From NCBI RefSeq assembly GCF_036321535.1, contig NC_087436.1, positions 115,756,001 to 115,820,000 on the forward strand: 64,000 nt of DNA, written 5' to 3'. The notes beneath the pieces were generated by a model. The model had not been told where the DNA came from. It saw only the letters and a list, made by a program, of their open reading frames with translations, and made no database searches. Numbering within the stretch: the first letter of the stretch is position 1; each line of letters starts with the position of its first letter. The stretch comes from Camelus dromedarius (lineage: Eukaryota). Shown here piece after piece: positions 24,791 through 38,280 of the stretch. A program made the translations under genes and the position numbers.

Positions 24791-25779
24791 CAGGAACTTA
24801 AAAGGTCCCGTAAGTGGACTTTCTCTTCCACCTTTTTCCTCACTAGTATCTGAGGGGTCTCAAATGGACCCACGCAAGCCAGTAACTCAGGAGGATTGTT
24901 CAAGGACTGCACTTGAGAAAAACAAAACGGGCCATCTGCCTCTAACAGAACTTCCCCTTCCTTTACTGCTAGAGATTCAGGGGTCTCATGCTGATTTTTT
25001 TTCAGCGAATAGTAGTATTTCCTTCTATGTGATTAGTATTAAACTTCAAATCCCTTCGGTGATGCCATTTTATTCCAGCCTCCTCACAAATCCTGTAAAG
25101 GAAAACATTGCTAACCTGTGTGGCACAGCCAACCTCTAAGGAAGGGTGACAACAGGGTTTGAATCTTCTCATCCCAATTTTAAACAGCAGCCACTGTACC
25201 AAAACGGCTCCATGATCGTCTTTGCCCACCAGGGACTGGGCTAGCTGTTACACTGCACACAGAGTGGGGCGGGGCAGGGGGCAGTCTTACTTTATTAACT
25301 TTAAGAAATGTCTCCTTTCATGAATGGATTTCCCCATTCCTCCCTACCAGTCCTCTTCAGGTAACTTTATCTTTGAGCCCTTTTCCAATTTGCATAGAAT
25401 CAAGAGAAAAATAAAGGTGCATGCCATCACCTGCAGGCAAGTAGGAGACAATGACGTCACATAAACACACAAGATGAAGAAGAGGTCGAAAAGAACCTGA
25501 CAACTTTTCTTTTTCTGGTAGCCTGTTACAAAGCACAGTCACATTGTTAATTTCTGGGACTATATAGGACAAGCTGGTAAAATGAGAAAGGTGTGCATTT
25601 TCCTACTCACAGGGGGAGAAGTTCACAGGGGCCTGTATCCAAAGTCTCATGCATTGGAAATGGCAGAACTGAAACCAGAAATGGCAGAAGAAAAATTGAG
25701 GATTGGCTCACTCATCGCCCATCCTCTCCTTTCACGCTGGAAACGCTGGAAAGCTGCAGACTTCATCTGTGCAGCTTCC

Positions 25780-26220
25780 CTGGGGCTAGGGCTCTAGGGG
25801 AACTTGGGAGACACTGAGGAGGCAGGGCTGGGTCAGAGGCCACGACCGGTGGTCCAGGCTGCTCCTGCTGCAGACAGTGGATGCATGAGGTCCTGCCTAG
25901 GCAGCTTCTCAGCTTACTCCCCAGCTTCCTCAGTGTTTAGAAGCTGCAGCCATGGGGGTTTCCTCACATGGCTTCCTGCTCCTGGGATTTCAGTTCCGGG
26001 GACCATATTTTTCAGGTGTGAGCCTCCTTCCAGACTAGCTGGTGGCTCTCACACAAGCAGTAGTTTCCCTAGTGGTCGAGTTTGGTGTTGCTCTGGGACT
26101 CACTTCAAAACTTGCTCCCTCATGCTTTCCAGTTTTGTGAGCACCGAATTCCCAGTATTGAACCCTTCCCTGGTAAATACTTTAGAGCTTTCTGTTTCCT
26201 GCACCAATATCATATGCACT
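25780..26220 (+). mobile_element. Old ERVL LTR (LTR33-like)
   Basis: 3' signature gtgagcaccgaattcccagtattgaacccttccctggtaaatactttagagctttctgtttcctg. Confidence 0.6.
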
Positions 26221-28612
26221 GCCAGGTGAGGGATCTATGTTTCTGCCAGAACTTCTGGAGGCAGTGCTTTATTGCATTTCAAACAAAAGGAAAGCTACTA
26301 GCTAAGTAAACTGAGAAGCAACAACCTGCTTTGCATTTTCCTAAATTCAGTTCAGCCTCTGCGTGACTTGCCTGGGGAATGTAAGACCTTCTTAGGAATT
26401 TTCTTTTTTTTAAATCAGGAGTTAGAAAATAAACAGAAATATACAAGATGTTACTTTCTGCCTGTGGGTAAAGTACATTCTGATAAGCCTTTGGACTTGT
26501 ACGTTATATTATGTTTTATGAAGCATTGATAATATCATGTTCAGTTCAGGCAAGAGACCTCTGAGGTAAGCATAGTAACAGCTTTAAGTCATATTCTACT
26601 CATTGAGAAACGAGGAACTTTATGAAGGCTGGGCAGCATTGTCATTTTCCTTTCTGGGACTGTGTATTTAGCACCTGGTGGTGTCTGGCACAGAATGAGC
26701 ACATGATTAAAGCTCAATGAAGTAATAAATCTGTGAATTAAATTCTGGGAGGTTAGGGGTCTTGCCATGGTCACTAGAAGCATAAGTGACAGAATCAAGA
26801 TTCCAGAATCCAAACCCTAGGCTAGGGCAGCTGTATCAGAGCAAACTCATGATTCCTGCAGATTCTGCATAATGCTTGTCAGACAGAGGAAAACTTCGCA
26901 GGGCCAGCTTCAACCATCTCGTTAAAATCACTCGACTTAGATTCGAGTCCTGGCTCTGTCCCTTTTGAGCCTGTGACAATTTCACCGAGTCTGTTTCCAC
27001 GTGTGTAAAACGAGAACGTTAATTGCTCCTTTGTACTTAGTAAGGGAGAGGCCATGTGTGGATGATCTCGTTGTCACCCATGGATAAGCCTTGCAATTCT
27101 TATAGCTTGCTTTTTAAAAAAGCAGACGTACTGCGCGTAGATTGGAATGGGCTGAGTGCCAATATAGATGCATTGGCTTTCTTCCAAAGTCTTCATTTAC
27201 TGTTGATAATTTATAGACAGCACATAACGCCCACAGCATTTTGAAGCTTATGTAAGTGTAGTTTAAATGTATCCAGTGTATTGAGGAGGCTGCTGTCTCC
27301 CACTTGTCTGTCTTGCTGTCGCAGGGAAAATCACTCTTCCTTGCCAAGATCCTGAATTAGCGCCTCCTTTGAATGCCACCCACTCTGGAGGGGACAGTGA
27401 AAAGCAGGTCAGGTGATGGACACTTGACCCTGGGACAGATCTGCTTGGTATTTCCCAGTAATTCAAATGCCCTCACTGGATCAAGACTTTGTTCTTTGTA
27501 AAATGAGGAAGCTGGAATTGATCTGTAAGCTTGTGTTTGGCTCTGGGCATCTTAGACTTCAGGCGTGTGAGTGTGTGGTGTTTCTTTGACTTCTGTTTGT
27601 TCATTTGGTTGGTTGGTTGTTTCCCAGCCGCACTTCATACAACATTTACTTATTTGGCAATTCCAGCTATTATCTGAATTTTAGCACAAAGGGGAAATTC
27701 TCACTAAAGAGGGACTGGAAATGCTCTTCGAAGATCCCTGAAACAGCAGAGGAGCGGTCCTTTTATCCAGGGGCACACAGGTGAAATCTTAGCCCCTGTT
27801 TTCTGACATTTCAAAGCCCGAAGCTATTGCTTGAAAAAAAAATCACTGGCAGGACATACCTTCCATATGACTGTACAGGTACAATCTAAACTAACCCTAA
27901 TAGATCACCGAATCCCAAATAAACGAATGCGTAAAACATTCTGGCATCATCAAACTCAGTGGTGTCAAAACTTCAATATTTTAAATTTCAATTTCTTCTC
28001 TTTTACAGGTCAGAGACTTAGTTTGAGAAAAATTCAATACTGAGTATTCTCATTTCCCTGCTGTACCCGGATTTTCATCTAAATCACCGAGGAGATGAGA
28101 GGGAGGCTCTTACTCTGAGTTTCAGCCAAATTCCTGAGTGGTTCCGGGCACAGAGGAGGAGGGTGCACCTGGCTGGCGGTTGGCATCCTTCCTCACCTGA
28201 CACCTGCTGAGGGTGGCGGGCTGCCTGGGGGTCTTCCGCCTCCAGCTCTGCCTGCAGCCATCACCTGAGACTCCTGGGTTCCCACCTGCTTTCCCGTCTC
28301 AGGACGCATGTTAACATCTTCAGCGGGGTCACCTTGTCCTCATCACAAAGCCCCTGAAAGGCCACACTGGACTCCCTCTCTCAGCAAAGTTCTGCCGCCT
28401 CCCCAAAGGCCTGGAAGTCAGCTGTGGTCTTGCACTTTCTGGGGACCCAGGGGCCGAGCCCAGCTGCTCCTCTGTCAGCCTGGGCAGCTCCGAGGCCATG
28501 ATGGTAAGGAGCCCTCTGTAAGATCCTCAGGTGATGAGTTGGCACTGGTGCTTTCTTCTTCCAGATCCCCAACCTGTCATCCTCCCCACCCTTGGAGCTG
28601 CACTGGGGGTAG

Positions 28613-29168
28613 TGCTGCCCCAGAAGGCAAAGCCCCTAGTTCTCGTCATTCCCCAAAGACAAGTTTACAGTTGGGAGATAGTGAGTTGTGTAGTGAAAGA
28701 TTTTTAAAGATTTATTTTAAAAAGGAAAAGTATGACTCCAGGAATGGGATGTGGGCTGATCCAAGGGAGGAAAAAGCAGCGTTTTTTGCCCCCCCCCCCT
28801 TTCTCTTACACCCTCGCTTAGAGTTGCTCTCCTCATTGGTTGATGGCTCTTGTCCCTGGAGCGCTTAGTCAGGTTTGGCCCCTTTGCGCATGTCCTTACT
28901 CAGGGTGCATACAGAAAATAAACTATAGGGGGCGGGGGACTAAACTGCAGTGTTAATTATAATGCAATGAACATCGCACAGTATCCGGTTAAGTCCTTGC
29001 TGCTACCGCAACGTTGTAGCTGTCGGGTTCGAACCGGTTTCTTGCTGGCACTCATTCAGAAGAAGTGAAGTCCCTTATGCTGCAGGCGGGCGTATCGCCA
29101 TCTTCCGGTACATCCCTTCTCTCCTCCACCTGTCTGCCCGGTGCCCTCACTTATCCAACTACCTAACA
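28613..29168 (-). mobile_element. ERV1-type solo LTR (MER41/MER4-group-like) with 4-bp TSD
   Basis: Minus strand TGTTAGGTAGTTGGATA...GGGCAGCA; TSD GTAG at 28609-28612 and 29169-29172; AATAAA on the minus strand near 28712. Confidence 0.85.
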
Positions 29169-30349
29169 GTAGGATTAAGATGGGAGGGAGCACGAATCCA
29201 CCTGCAACCTCCTCGTGGAAATCTGCCCCTTAGCTCTCCCATCTGCCTGTGGCCATGCTCCTTTTTCTGGAAAGGCTTTATGTCTTGTTGGGCAAGAGAA
29301 GACGAGCTGGGTCAGAGAATATTCCAACTCTATGGTATAAACCAGAATATCTGCTTTAGGAATGCAAAAGCCAATAATTGAACTGTTTTGTTCTACGAGA
29401 ACAAACATCTCAAGATGATGGATGCAGTAAAAGAAAGTAAGGGGAGGGGACAGAGGTACTTGTTACTTCGTCCTGGTGCCCACTGCACAAGTCCTTGTAC
29501 AACTTTTCTTCCCATCCTTAGGCAAAACGAGTGTGCCAACAGTTGGGGATAAAAAGGGCAGTTGTGAAAGTTCCTTTTCCTTCCTGATCTGGTATAGGGA
29601 AATCTGTCTAAAGGATAAAAAACATTGAATGGTACACTTTAAGTGGGGGAATTGTCAAAGCTGTCAGACACAGAGAGAGCAAAGAAGAAAGAGGAGGAGG
29701 AGGAGGAGAGCAAGGAGGAGGTGGAAGACATTAAGTCTTATCTTTCGAGAAGGTAATATGGTTTATGATTTATAAACATAAATTTAATCACTTATTTAAT
29801 TAATATTAAATAATAATATAATCAAACAAGAATTACATGTGTAGTATAATTCATTGTTAACTAATATCAAATAATTACTTAATATATTAAATACTTTAAT
29901 AAAAAACAAATATGTATTATTCGCCAAAAGCTCCCTAAAATGCATGCGTCATATCACTTAATTCTCACTATGACCCTTTGAAAGAGCTACTATTTGTAGT
30001 TCAGAATGAAAGACAATAGATACAGATAAAAATACAAGTTTACAAAGTTTAAATGTCTTAGCTGAAATCATACAAGTAGTAAGAAGTTGACAAAGCTGAG
30101 ATGTTGCAACCAGGTCTCAGGTGACCCCAAGTCAGGACTATTTCCTGCCCCCCAGGTGCTCCCCACAAACTTGGAAGAGAGGTCAGACTCACACATTATA
30201 GTCCTGAAAAGGAATGTTCAGGAGTAACACTGCCCTTTCCGTCCTACAAAGAGGATGGTGACATTTAGCTAGAACCACATTTTGCTGGTGAGATTTTAAG
30301 TACGTTTAAAGCTGTGTGCATCCACATCACGCTACTGGTAGTTGGGTAT

Positions 30350-31297
30350 TGTCACAAGCTGGTGTGGGCCTTGGGGGTACCCTGTGGATGGTGCTTTTGT
30401 TACAGCAGGCAAATAGCTAGATACAAGCAGAGAAAGGGGGACACAGACCAAATGGCAGGAATTGGGCAGCAAGGAGGGGCACGGGTCAAATACAGGAAAC
30501 CACACATCATGTAAGCACCAGGGGTCCCTGGGCAGAGAAAGAAAAGCAGGAACCTCTGGGCTAATAAGTGATTACACCTTTGGGGCTGATAAGAAGCCCG
30601 GAGGCCAACAAAGAAAGGTGAGAAAAGGCAGAAATTTCCAGTGTCCAAATGTAACCTTTTGCTTATAATGCCCTCATTTCAATAAAATTAGCCTTGCAGA
30701 TTAGAAGGACCCATCCTGCACTGACGCCACAACACTTCTGATCCAGACTAAATAAGGATGAAAGTCCTTCCAGCCTTTGGAAAGTTGGAGTTGGGATAAA
30801 AATTAGGGAATACGACCTCAAACCCTTCCCTCCCCAATGAATATTCGGCCCATTCATTTTTACACCCTGTAACAAACTTGCCAAAGAAACTCAGGGCAGC
30901 CGCTCACCTGAGCCTGCCCGCTCTCCTCTTGAGAATGTACTATCCATCCTTTAATAAATCCTCATTTTACTTTTTTAACCACTACATCTTGTCTCTGAAT
31001 TCTTTCTGGGACGGGACAAGGACCTGGAGCACAGGTTACATCCCCTGGCAACATGCTCAGGATTCACTTCTCTACCTATTTCTCACACTGCCCACCAGCG
31101 CACTTGAAGAATGGATTTGGCCTAGGGTGGGGGCCTTCCCCCAGCACCCCGACTCACAAAAACATCTCCAGCCTTTTGTTTCAGTGAAGTTGAGCTCAGT
31201 TCCTGCTGGACCCTCTTCTTTCCCATCACAATAGTTACTGTGAATACAGTCTATCCTTACTGCTCTCATCAGCGCCCAGCTTCATTTATCCTTGACA
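30350..31297 (+). mobile_element. Older ERV LTR split by a nested LTR
   Basis: TGTCA...TGACA termini; 3' part gttgagctcag..caatagttactgtgaatacagtc..tttatccttgaca. Confidence 0.55.
30398..31053 (+). mobile_element. ERV1-type solo LTR (MER41-group-like), nested
   Basis: TGTTACAG...GGCAACA, AATAAA near 30953, tctctgaattctttctgggacgggacaagg U5-like text; flanks tgct(tt)/tgct. Confidence 0.8.
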
Positions 31298-31370
31298 GGC
31301 AACAAGAGAAAGGTAGAGATGATCCTGTTTTAAATCTCTAGTACATGACCATCTTCACAATCAACCTACT

Positions 31371-31891
31371 TGTTGTGAACACAACTCAGGCTGTCGTGGG
31401 TGGTAAAAGAATTAACAAAGAACCAAGGACCACAAGGATTTAAGAACAAAGGGGAGGTTTAGTAGATAAGCTGCTGCAGGCAACAGGGGGCCACGCAGGC
31501 AAGGGGTGCCTGGGGGGGCACCCAGGGTGGGCGTGCTGTTTGTTTATTGGGGGGAGGGGCGGCGCACACGAGGAGGAGGGGGCTGCAAGATCACTTTGTG
31601 CACAGGTACCTGATTGGTTGTAAGACCCGTCAGGGACTAACTATACCAGGGTTTACGATTCGGCCAAGGGCAGGCTGTGAGCCCTCTTGGCCTGGGGTAT
31701 TGTGAGACGGGCTGTCTCCTGGGCAGTTCGTTTTGCTCAAGGGAAGATGTTTTTATTTTGCAGAAATGCAGGCATGCGGTGGGTCCAGCTGTGGGGAATT
31801 GGGGGAAAGATGTCTCCAGGCTCACAGAGAGCCCTGGGGTGGGGGTTTTCTAACTTTAGTGTGGCTTCAGAGAGTGTCAGCCAGCTAAACA
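31371..31891 (-). mobile_element. GC-rich ERV solo LTR inserted in a MIR
   Basis: TGTT...AACA termini, flanks ctact/ctaca, CCAAT box on the minus strand (gattgg near 31612); MIR text resumes after 31900. Confidence 0.7.
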
Positions 31892-34149
31892 CTACAGTGT
31901 GAACATCACAGCCCTGTCAGAGGAAAATGAGGCAAAGAACAGCTAAGTAATGTGCCCCGATCACACACTAGGAAGTGACACCTGGGCTGTGGGCTCCGCA
32001 GCTGGCTTCTCAGTTTCTTTATTTCCTACCACTCTGTCCTCCTGCCACAATCCAAATGCTTCAGAGCCATAGAGTCATGAAAAGATGCTGAACTGGGGGC
32101 TAAATTCTCCACTTTGAGCAGCACCTGCTCCCACAGAAACTAGGACAAAAACTACACTTTAAAGAAATTTGATGAGGGAGAAAGAAATACCAGAAGTGGC
32201 TTTAGGTCTGGAGGATGCCAGGTCAAAGGAAGGCTAATTTATTCATTTACACTTAAGAAGGAATAGATACACTGTGGGACAAAGACCATTCAATCCCGAT
32301 GTCTGTGTCTGACAGAATGGAGTGGGGTGGTCAGGATAGAAGGACCTGGGGTGAGTTGCCGTGGACACACTGGGCATAAAGCAAGTGAGGAACATTCTGA
32401 TTTATAGGAATTTGAGGACAGAAGAAAGAATTTGTTAATGAATAAAGAACCAGGCTAGTGGAGAGAGAAAGGTGAAGTTAAATCACTAAAGAAAGGAATT
32501 CAAGTTGAGATTTGAGAGCTTTGGGCATCTTTCGCCTGCTTCAACACTCCCGGGTGCATTTTTAACTTGAACCACACTGCACTGCTTTTCTTCCTTGTTG
32601 CCTTGGTTGTTACTCAATTGGTCAGATATGAGCAATTTCTCATGTCCCTAGGACATCGATGAAAGTCCTAGTATTTTAATTTCTGATAAATTCTTGTTCA
32701 CCAATCCATTGTATGAAATAGATGAAAAGGTAGCATTTTTCTATATTTGAAGCCGGGTGACTGAATTCTGGAAACTGAAGTGATTTGCGCTCTGTCATTT
32801 TTCTAATGCATCATGGTACCATTTTGATAGATCTAGTCTGAAAGTCTGCTGCTATGGGGGGTGGAAGTGAGCAATCTGGCCATGAGGACGTCTGGGTCCT
32901 AGGACCCCTGTGTTCCACTTGGACTGGGTCACCAGGAACACTTCCTAATTCAAGTCTTCTGTGTTAAACGAGAAGGGCTGGTACAGTGACTTCTAGGTTC
33001 CTTTTCAGCTTCAAAATGTTCTGATCTGTGGAGCAGGTGCAAGACTGAATCAAAATATTGCCCTCACTGTTGTGTAGATTACCTCTGGTTATTTCTTCTT
33101 AACCTGATTTGATGAATCGCAAATGTCCGAGAACAGTGAACTTCTGCGGAAACTAATTTCAAACCAGAAAGATGAACTTTGATCTGCCTGAGCCTGGAGA
33201 CTTTCCTGGCACTAATGATCGTATCCTCTGAAATTGGGAGAGAGTCTAAAGGGAGAAATTGTCCCACATTTCTTCTCATTCTGCAGTTTCATCGCCTTAT
33301 AGTCCTTTTTCTCATGTGTCTAAAAACCCCTGTACCTCCAAGCGGGGTTACTGTACTTTTCACTTTGCTCTTTAATTCTCATAAAACAAAAGGAGATTCA
33401 TGTGTTTTTTTGATCTTGGTTCATGAAAATCCTTAACAGCAGTTATTGAAATATTATTCAAATGCCTTTTTGTAAAATTAAAGAAAAAAATACTTTGTGC
33501 TTTAACTTTTCACACTACATTTGACAAATAAAAGCATGCTTTATAGGAGGAAAAACTTTGTCACTGATTTCAAATTAAATGTGGACCCAGTTAAAGCTGT
33601 TTTTTTTCCCCCCTCTAGACAGATTTGGGAGTGGGAGGGAACTTTATAATGAATAATCTATACCTGAGACCCGTTTTCAATTCTGGGCTTGTGAACACTC
33701 ATTTGTACAAATGCACATCCTTCCATACAGAGAGTGCACATTGTAAGAGCTGTTCTGCTCTATCAGTTATAGCAAATGCATGTTCTGAAAAAAATCCCTG
33801 AATAACTAATTTTCTGGCAACAGGGACTATCTTATTAAAAAGTCATTTTAGTTTTCCGTGTATTGCTCAAAAAATAAGTTATTAAATAAGCAGCTTACTG
33901 CGCAGTTGAGAATCCCTTTCAAAAGCACGATTAATAGAAAAGAAGAATTGGGAAGCGCCCCAGGACCCCCGCTGTCCCAGGGGCCCTTGCTGGGCTCGCT
34001 GGGGCACCAGTGTCATAAAAGGCGCACGTGTAGACGCAGTGAACGAGGTGAGCCTTGCCTGGACCTCCGTGGGCACACTGGCCATTGTTTTCTCACGTTC
34101 TTTGATGGTTACTGTTATTATTATGCTTCTCTGGAAAATCACTAGAGTT

Positions 34150-37100
34150 TTTACTTTATTTCATTTTATTTTCTAGGTAATGTTATTCATGTTTCAGAAA
34201 GTTAAAATTACAAATAATAAATATACATAAAGTATCATAAATAAATTGACGTTGTCTCACTACGGACATTCCTTCTCTAACTGGGGATCTTTCCATTAAG
34301 CACATAAGAACTTTTTTTCTTTCTATTCCATTGTATCGATACATGATGATTTATTACATTAAACCCCACATAGAGGCCTTTAGGCGCTTTCCAGCCTTTT
34401 TTGATCTTATTCAAAATAATGCTGCAATGAATAAGCTTGTACATACAAAAATTCAGCAATATGCAAATATATCAGTGGGACAGTTAGCTTAACATGCATC
34501 CATGTTTGTTGCTTTGCTGTAATTTGCAATATGTTCTTCACAGCGGTTATACCAATGCCTAGCGCTCATTTCCTCCCACCGTGGCTACCAGGGTGTTACC
34601 TTTTCTCTTCTTTTGCTCTTCGTCCATCTGATTTTTGTCAAACCCTGCTGTCATGTTAGGCCTTTTACATATTAAGGAAATTAGCTTTGTGTCTGACGTA
34701 TGAATTACAAATGTTTAGTATGTCAAAACTGTCATCTATTTTTTTTTAATTTGATGTAGTTTAAGAAGCTGAATGTTTTGTGGCATTTGTTTTACACTTA
34801 AGAAGGGCTTTCCCTCTTCGGAAATTACACAGTAATTCTTCCATTGTTTCCTCTATTATTTTTAGATGTATTTATACATTTCACTCTTCTTTTTTCATTT
34901 GGGAATTTTCCTGGTTGACATTTGAAATATAGGCACAATCATTTTTATTTCTTTTCTCATATCTACCTAGCCATGACAAGATGTTTTTCAAAGACCAGTA
35001 TTTCTCCCAAGTACTTTAGACCTCACCTTCCTCATAAGAAAATTTCTGTATGGATATGGGTGTTTTTCTAGGATATCTATGTTAATTATTTAATGGCTTA
35101 ATTTCACGTAGCACATCGATACTGTTTAACAATAATGTCTAGTTACTTAAATACCTGGTAGGTGTAGTCTGTAATCATTACTATTTTGGATTCATATTTT
35201 TTTCATTCTATTCCTGATGAACTTGTTTTTAACTAAAAAATGTTTGGAATTCATTTTGAAATAAAAAGACAAAAACAAAATGTATTAGTATTTTTATGAG
35301 TATAATATTAAATTATTAAATGTAAATGTATAACTTAACATGGAAAAACTGACTTATTTACAATGTTTAAAGTGCCCATCCAAAATTAAAGTGTGCCTTC
35401 CATTCATTCAAGTTTTCTTCTGTACTCCTTCAAAGACATTTGAAGTCTTAAAGTTTATTTCTACATATTTTACCTCTTGTATTTCAGATTTTAAAAGGAT
35501 CTCCGTTATCCCATGTGAGTTCTCCTTTGTCCTCTGTAATTGCCTACTAGTTTCACTCATTTATGTATTTCTCTGCTGTGTCCTTGTCTTATTCTCTCAT
35601 TGGCTACAATAAGTTTTTAGTTGGTTGCCTTATATTTTCCAGATAATCATTTTACCTGCCAAGAATGATAATTTTAATTCCTACTTTACCATTTTACACT
35701 TATAGTGTATTTACCTTATGTGTTTATGTTTGCTTGTGTTCAGAAATATAATTAACAGTCGGCCTCCTTGCCTAGACGTTAGTAGGAATATAAAGGAATA
35801 CTTCTTTGTTTTCCTTACATGTCTGTTGGCTTTGAGGCTGAGGTGAAAATGTATTTCTTATGTTAGAAATTCTTATATTTGTAGTTTTTTTTTTCTAAAA
35901 ACAATAATATTTAATTTTATCAGAGGTCACTTTAATGTTGAGAGAAATAATCTTTTTTTCCCCCAGATCAAGTAATGGGATTAATTACATTAATACATTC
36001 TTAGTTTTCAACCATTGTCTTCCTGAATATTACATAATGATGGTCTACTAAAATTTTTAATATGCTTCTAAAACCTACTAGCTGAAACTAAATTTATGAT
36101 GTCTGCATCAAATTATTTATCTCAGTGATTTTTACTTATCTATCCTCCCCGATTAAAATAAAGGGTCCATGAAAACAAATATTAGCCCTTTTTTTGTTGT
36201 TGTTTATTTGTTTTTTTAATTTTGTTTTGTTTTGTTTTGTTTTATTTTTGATGTTGCTTCTTTTTTTTTTTGCTAAAATTTTAGCAGTAAAACTGCCTGG
36301 CATATAGTAATTTCTCCAAAATACATTGACATTTATTAATTCAATAAATTAAGATTTTTTTGTTTCACCTTTTTTGTTTAATTTCATTGTCAATTTATAT
36401 ATACATCATAAAAAGATCAAAACCAGTTCAAATAGCATTGGAATGATCTCTGTTTTAAAGTTCTGGCTGAAAGCAGTCAGAATGCTTACGCTAGAATTCT
36501 AAATGTGGTTATGCAGCAGTTAGAAAACTTTGTGTGGCTGAGTGAAGAGACATTTAGTTTCATTTACCATTTAAAAGGAACTTTCTACCTTAGCCCAGGT
36601 TATTTGGTATTTAAAAAGTGAAGTTTTTTTATCTATGTACTATCAAACCCATATTTGTATATCCATCTGTTGATCAATCTATCTGGACTGTCTAGAACCA
36701 ATCTATACCTAATTTAACAACAACAATACAAAAAATTGTACTTATGTCTCACTAAACAATATAGCATTTTGGTTTTCTTCTTTTTGTAATGTCTGAGAAT
36801 GTACAATCATGCTGTTTGTGGTCATGTATGTTATTTTAGTTCAATAATATTTTTTCTAAATTCATTCTCATTGTATATTTTTGTAATTGATTTGTTTTTG
36901 GTGTAGTAAAATAGTCTAGACATTGAATTGTTAGCAGTTTCATGATAGTATAATTGTACTGCTGTAAATATTTTTTGCCTCTGTTTCCTGGTACTCTAGA
37001 GTTTCTCTACAAGAAACTGCTGGTTTGTATTAATGCATCCATTCAAGTTTATAATATAATAACTCCCAATTACTTGTCAAAATGCTTGGATTAATTTACA

Positions 37101-38280
37101 GTCCCACCAGCAGTGTGCCAAGGTTCAATTTAATGAATACTCACAATTAATATTTGATACAATTAGCCATTAATATTTTTGCCAATCTCATGGTGTAAAA
37201 TGATGTCTAATTGTGGTCTTAATTTAAATTCCCCTACTTAGTAATGAAGTACAGCATATTTCCTATGCTTTTTTTTTTTTTGACTGTGTATGTTTATTGC
37301 CCATTTGTCTTTCCTGTGAAATTTTTGTTAACTACTAATTTGATTTCTCTAACGATTATAGTGTTTTTCAGGCTTTCTATTTTTTTTTTCTTATGTAGGT
37401 TTCAGTAATTTATAATTTGTAGAATTTCCACTGACTTTTAAACTTATTGGTATATGCTAATTTATAAATTATTTTAGTTTTTTTTTTGCTTAATTTTTTT
37501 GGATTTCTATTTATTGTTTTCTTTTTATTCTTAATATTGCTTATTTGAGCCTGATGTTTTTGTTGAATCTCATCAAAGGATTAAGTTAGTCTTTATTTTT
37601 CTTTTATCAGAAGATTTGATTCACTTCTGTTAGATCTTACATGCTGACAGCAACCAGAGGGTATTTTCTCTCTCGAGAGTCCTCACTTTAATTAAGAACC
37701 TCAAGTTCATCTTCCTGCATTGCCCATGGTAGATCAGATGTTCACAGCAGTGTCTGGATTCAAGAGAGTCCTATCTTGTTTATTTGCTTATTTCTCCTTG
37801 TCCTTGTTTTGCTTCCTGGGTTGTTGTTGTTGTTTTATTCATTTTTTTAAAAATTTACTCTTAGAAAAATTTTTTAATGTCTACTGAGCCAAGAAGCACC
37901 CTAGAAATTACAATTTTATAATATTTGGATGAATTAGGTATATTTGTGTATCTATTATAATCATCGTAAGTTTGCATTTACATTATTATAAAACATTTTT
38001 TAATTGAGTTTAGTTTATTTATATTTATGGGTATACATATATGCTAAGGTTTAGATTTGTGGGTCTATTGTATATTCTGCCTTTATAACCTTAAAAGATA
38101 TTTTATTATAAAGACTTTCTTTTATCTTTTCTTTTCTTTTCAGTTTATTGTTTACCTGATAGTTTGGAGGGTTTTTATGTTTGTTACATTAGTAATCACA
38201 ATTTGTATATGGTATTCTTACACTTCTATTTCGTACTGTACATTAAATTCCTATTTCTTAAGACATTTGCTTTTGTTTCC
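34150..38280 (-). mobile_element. Patchwork of ancient L1M fragments (plus a short L2 3' end near 36120-36350)
   Basis: T-rich reverse-strand L1 motifs such as aataatgctgcaatgaata, cagtcccaccagcagtg, aattgtggtcttaatt; no intact ORF. Confidence 0.6.

Noticed and set aside
25804..26229. 141-aa ORF
   Set aside because: Lies almost entirely within an LTR33-like element
27985..28010. Polypyrimidine tract plus AG acceptor
   Set aside because: Resembles the ttttacag core of an antisense MIR remnant; no convincing partner donor
28308..28868. Longest ORF (186 aa)
   Set aside because: No recognisable domain; it runs into an antisense LTR at 28613 and is a chance ORF in GC-rich sequence
29760..29920. 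Extremely AT-rich stretch
   Set aside because: Low complexity with no periodicity or inverted repeat I can support
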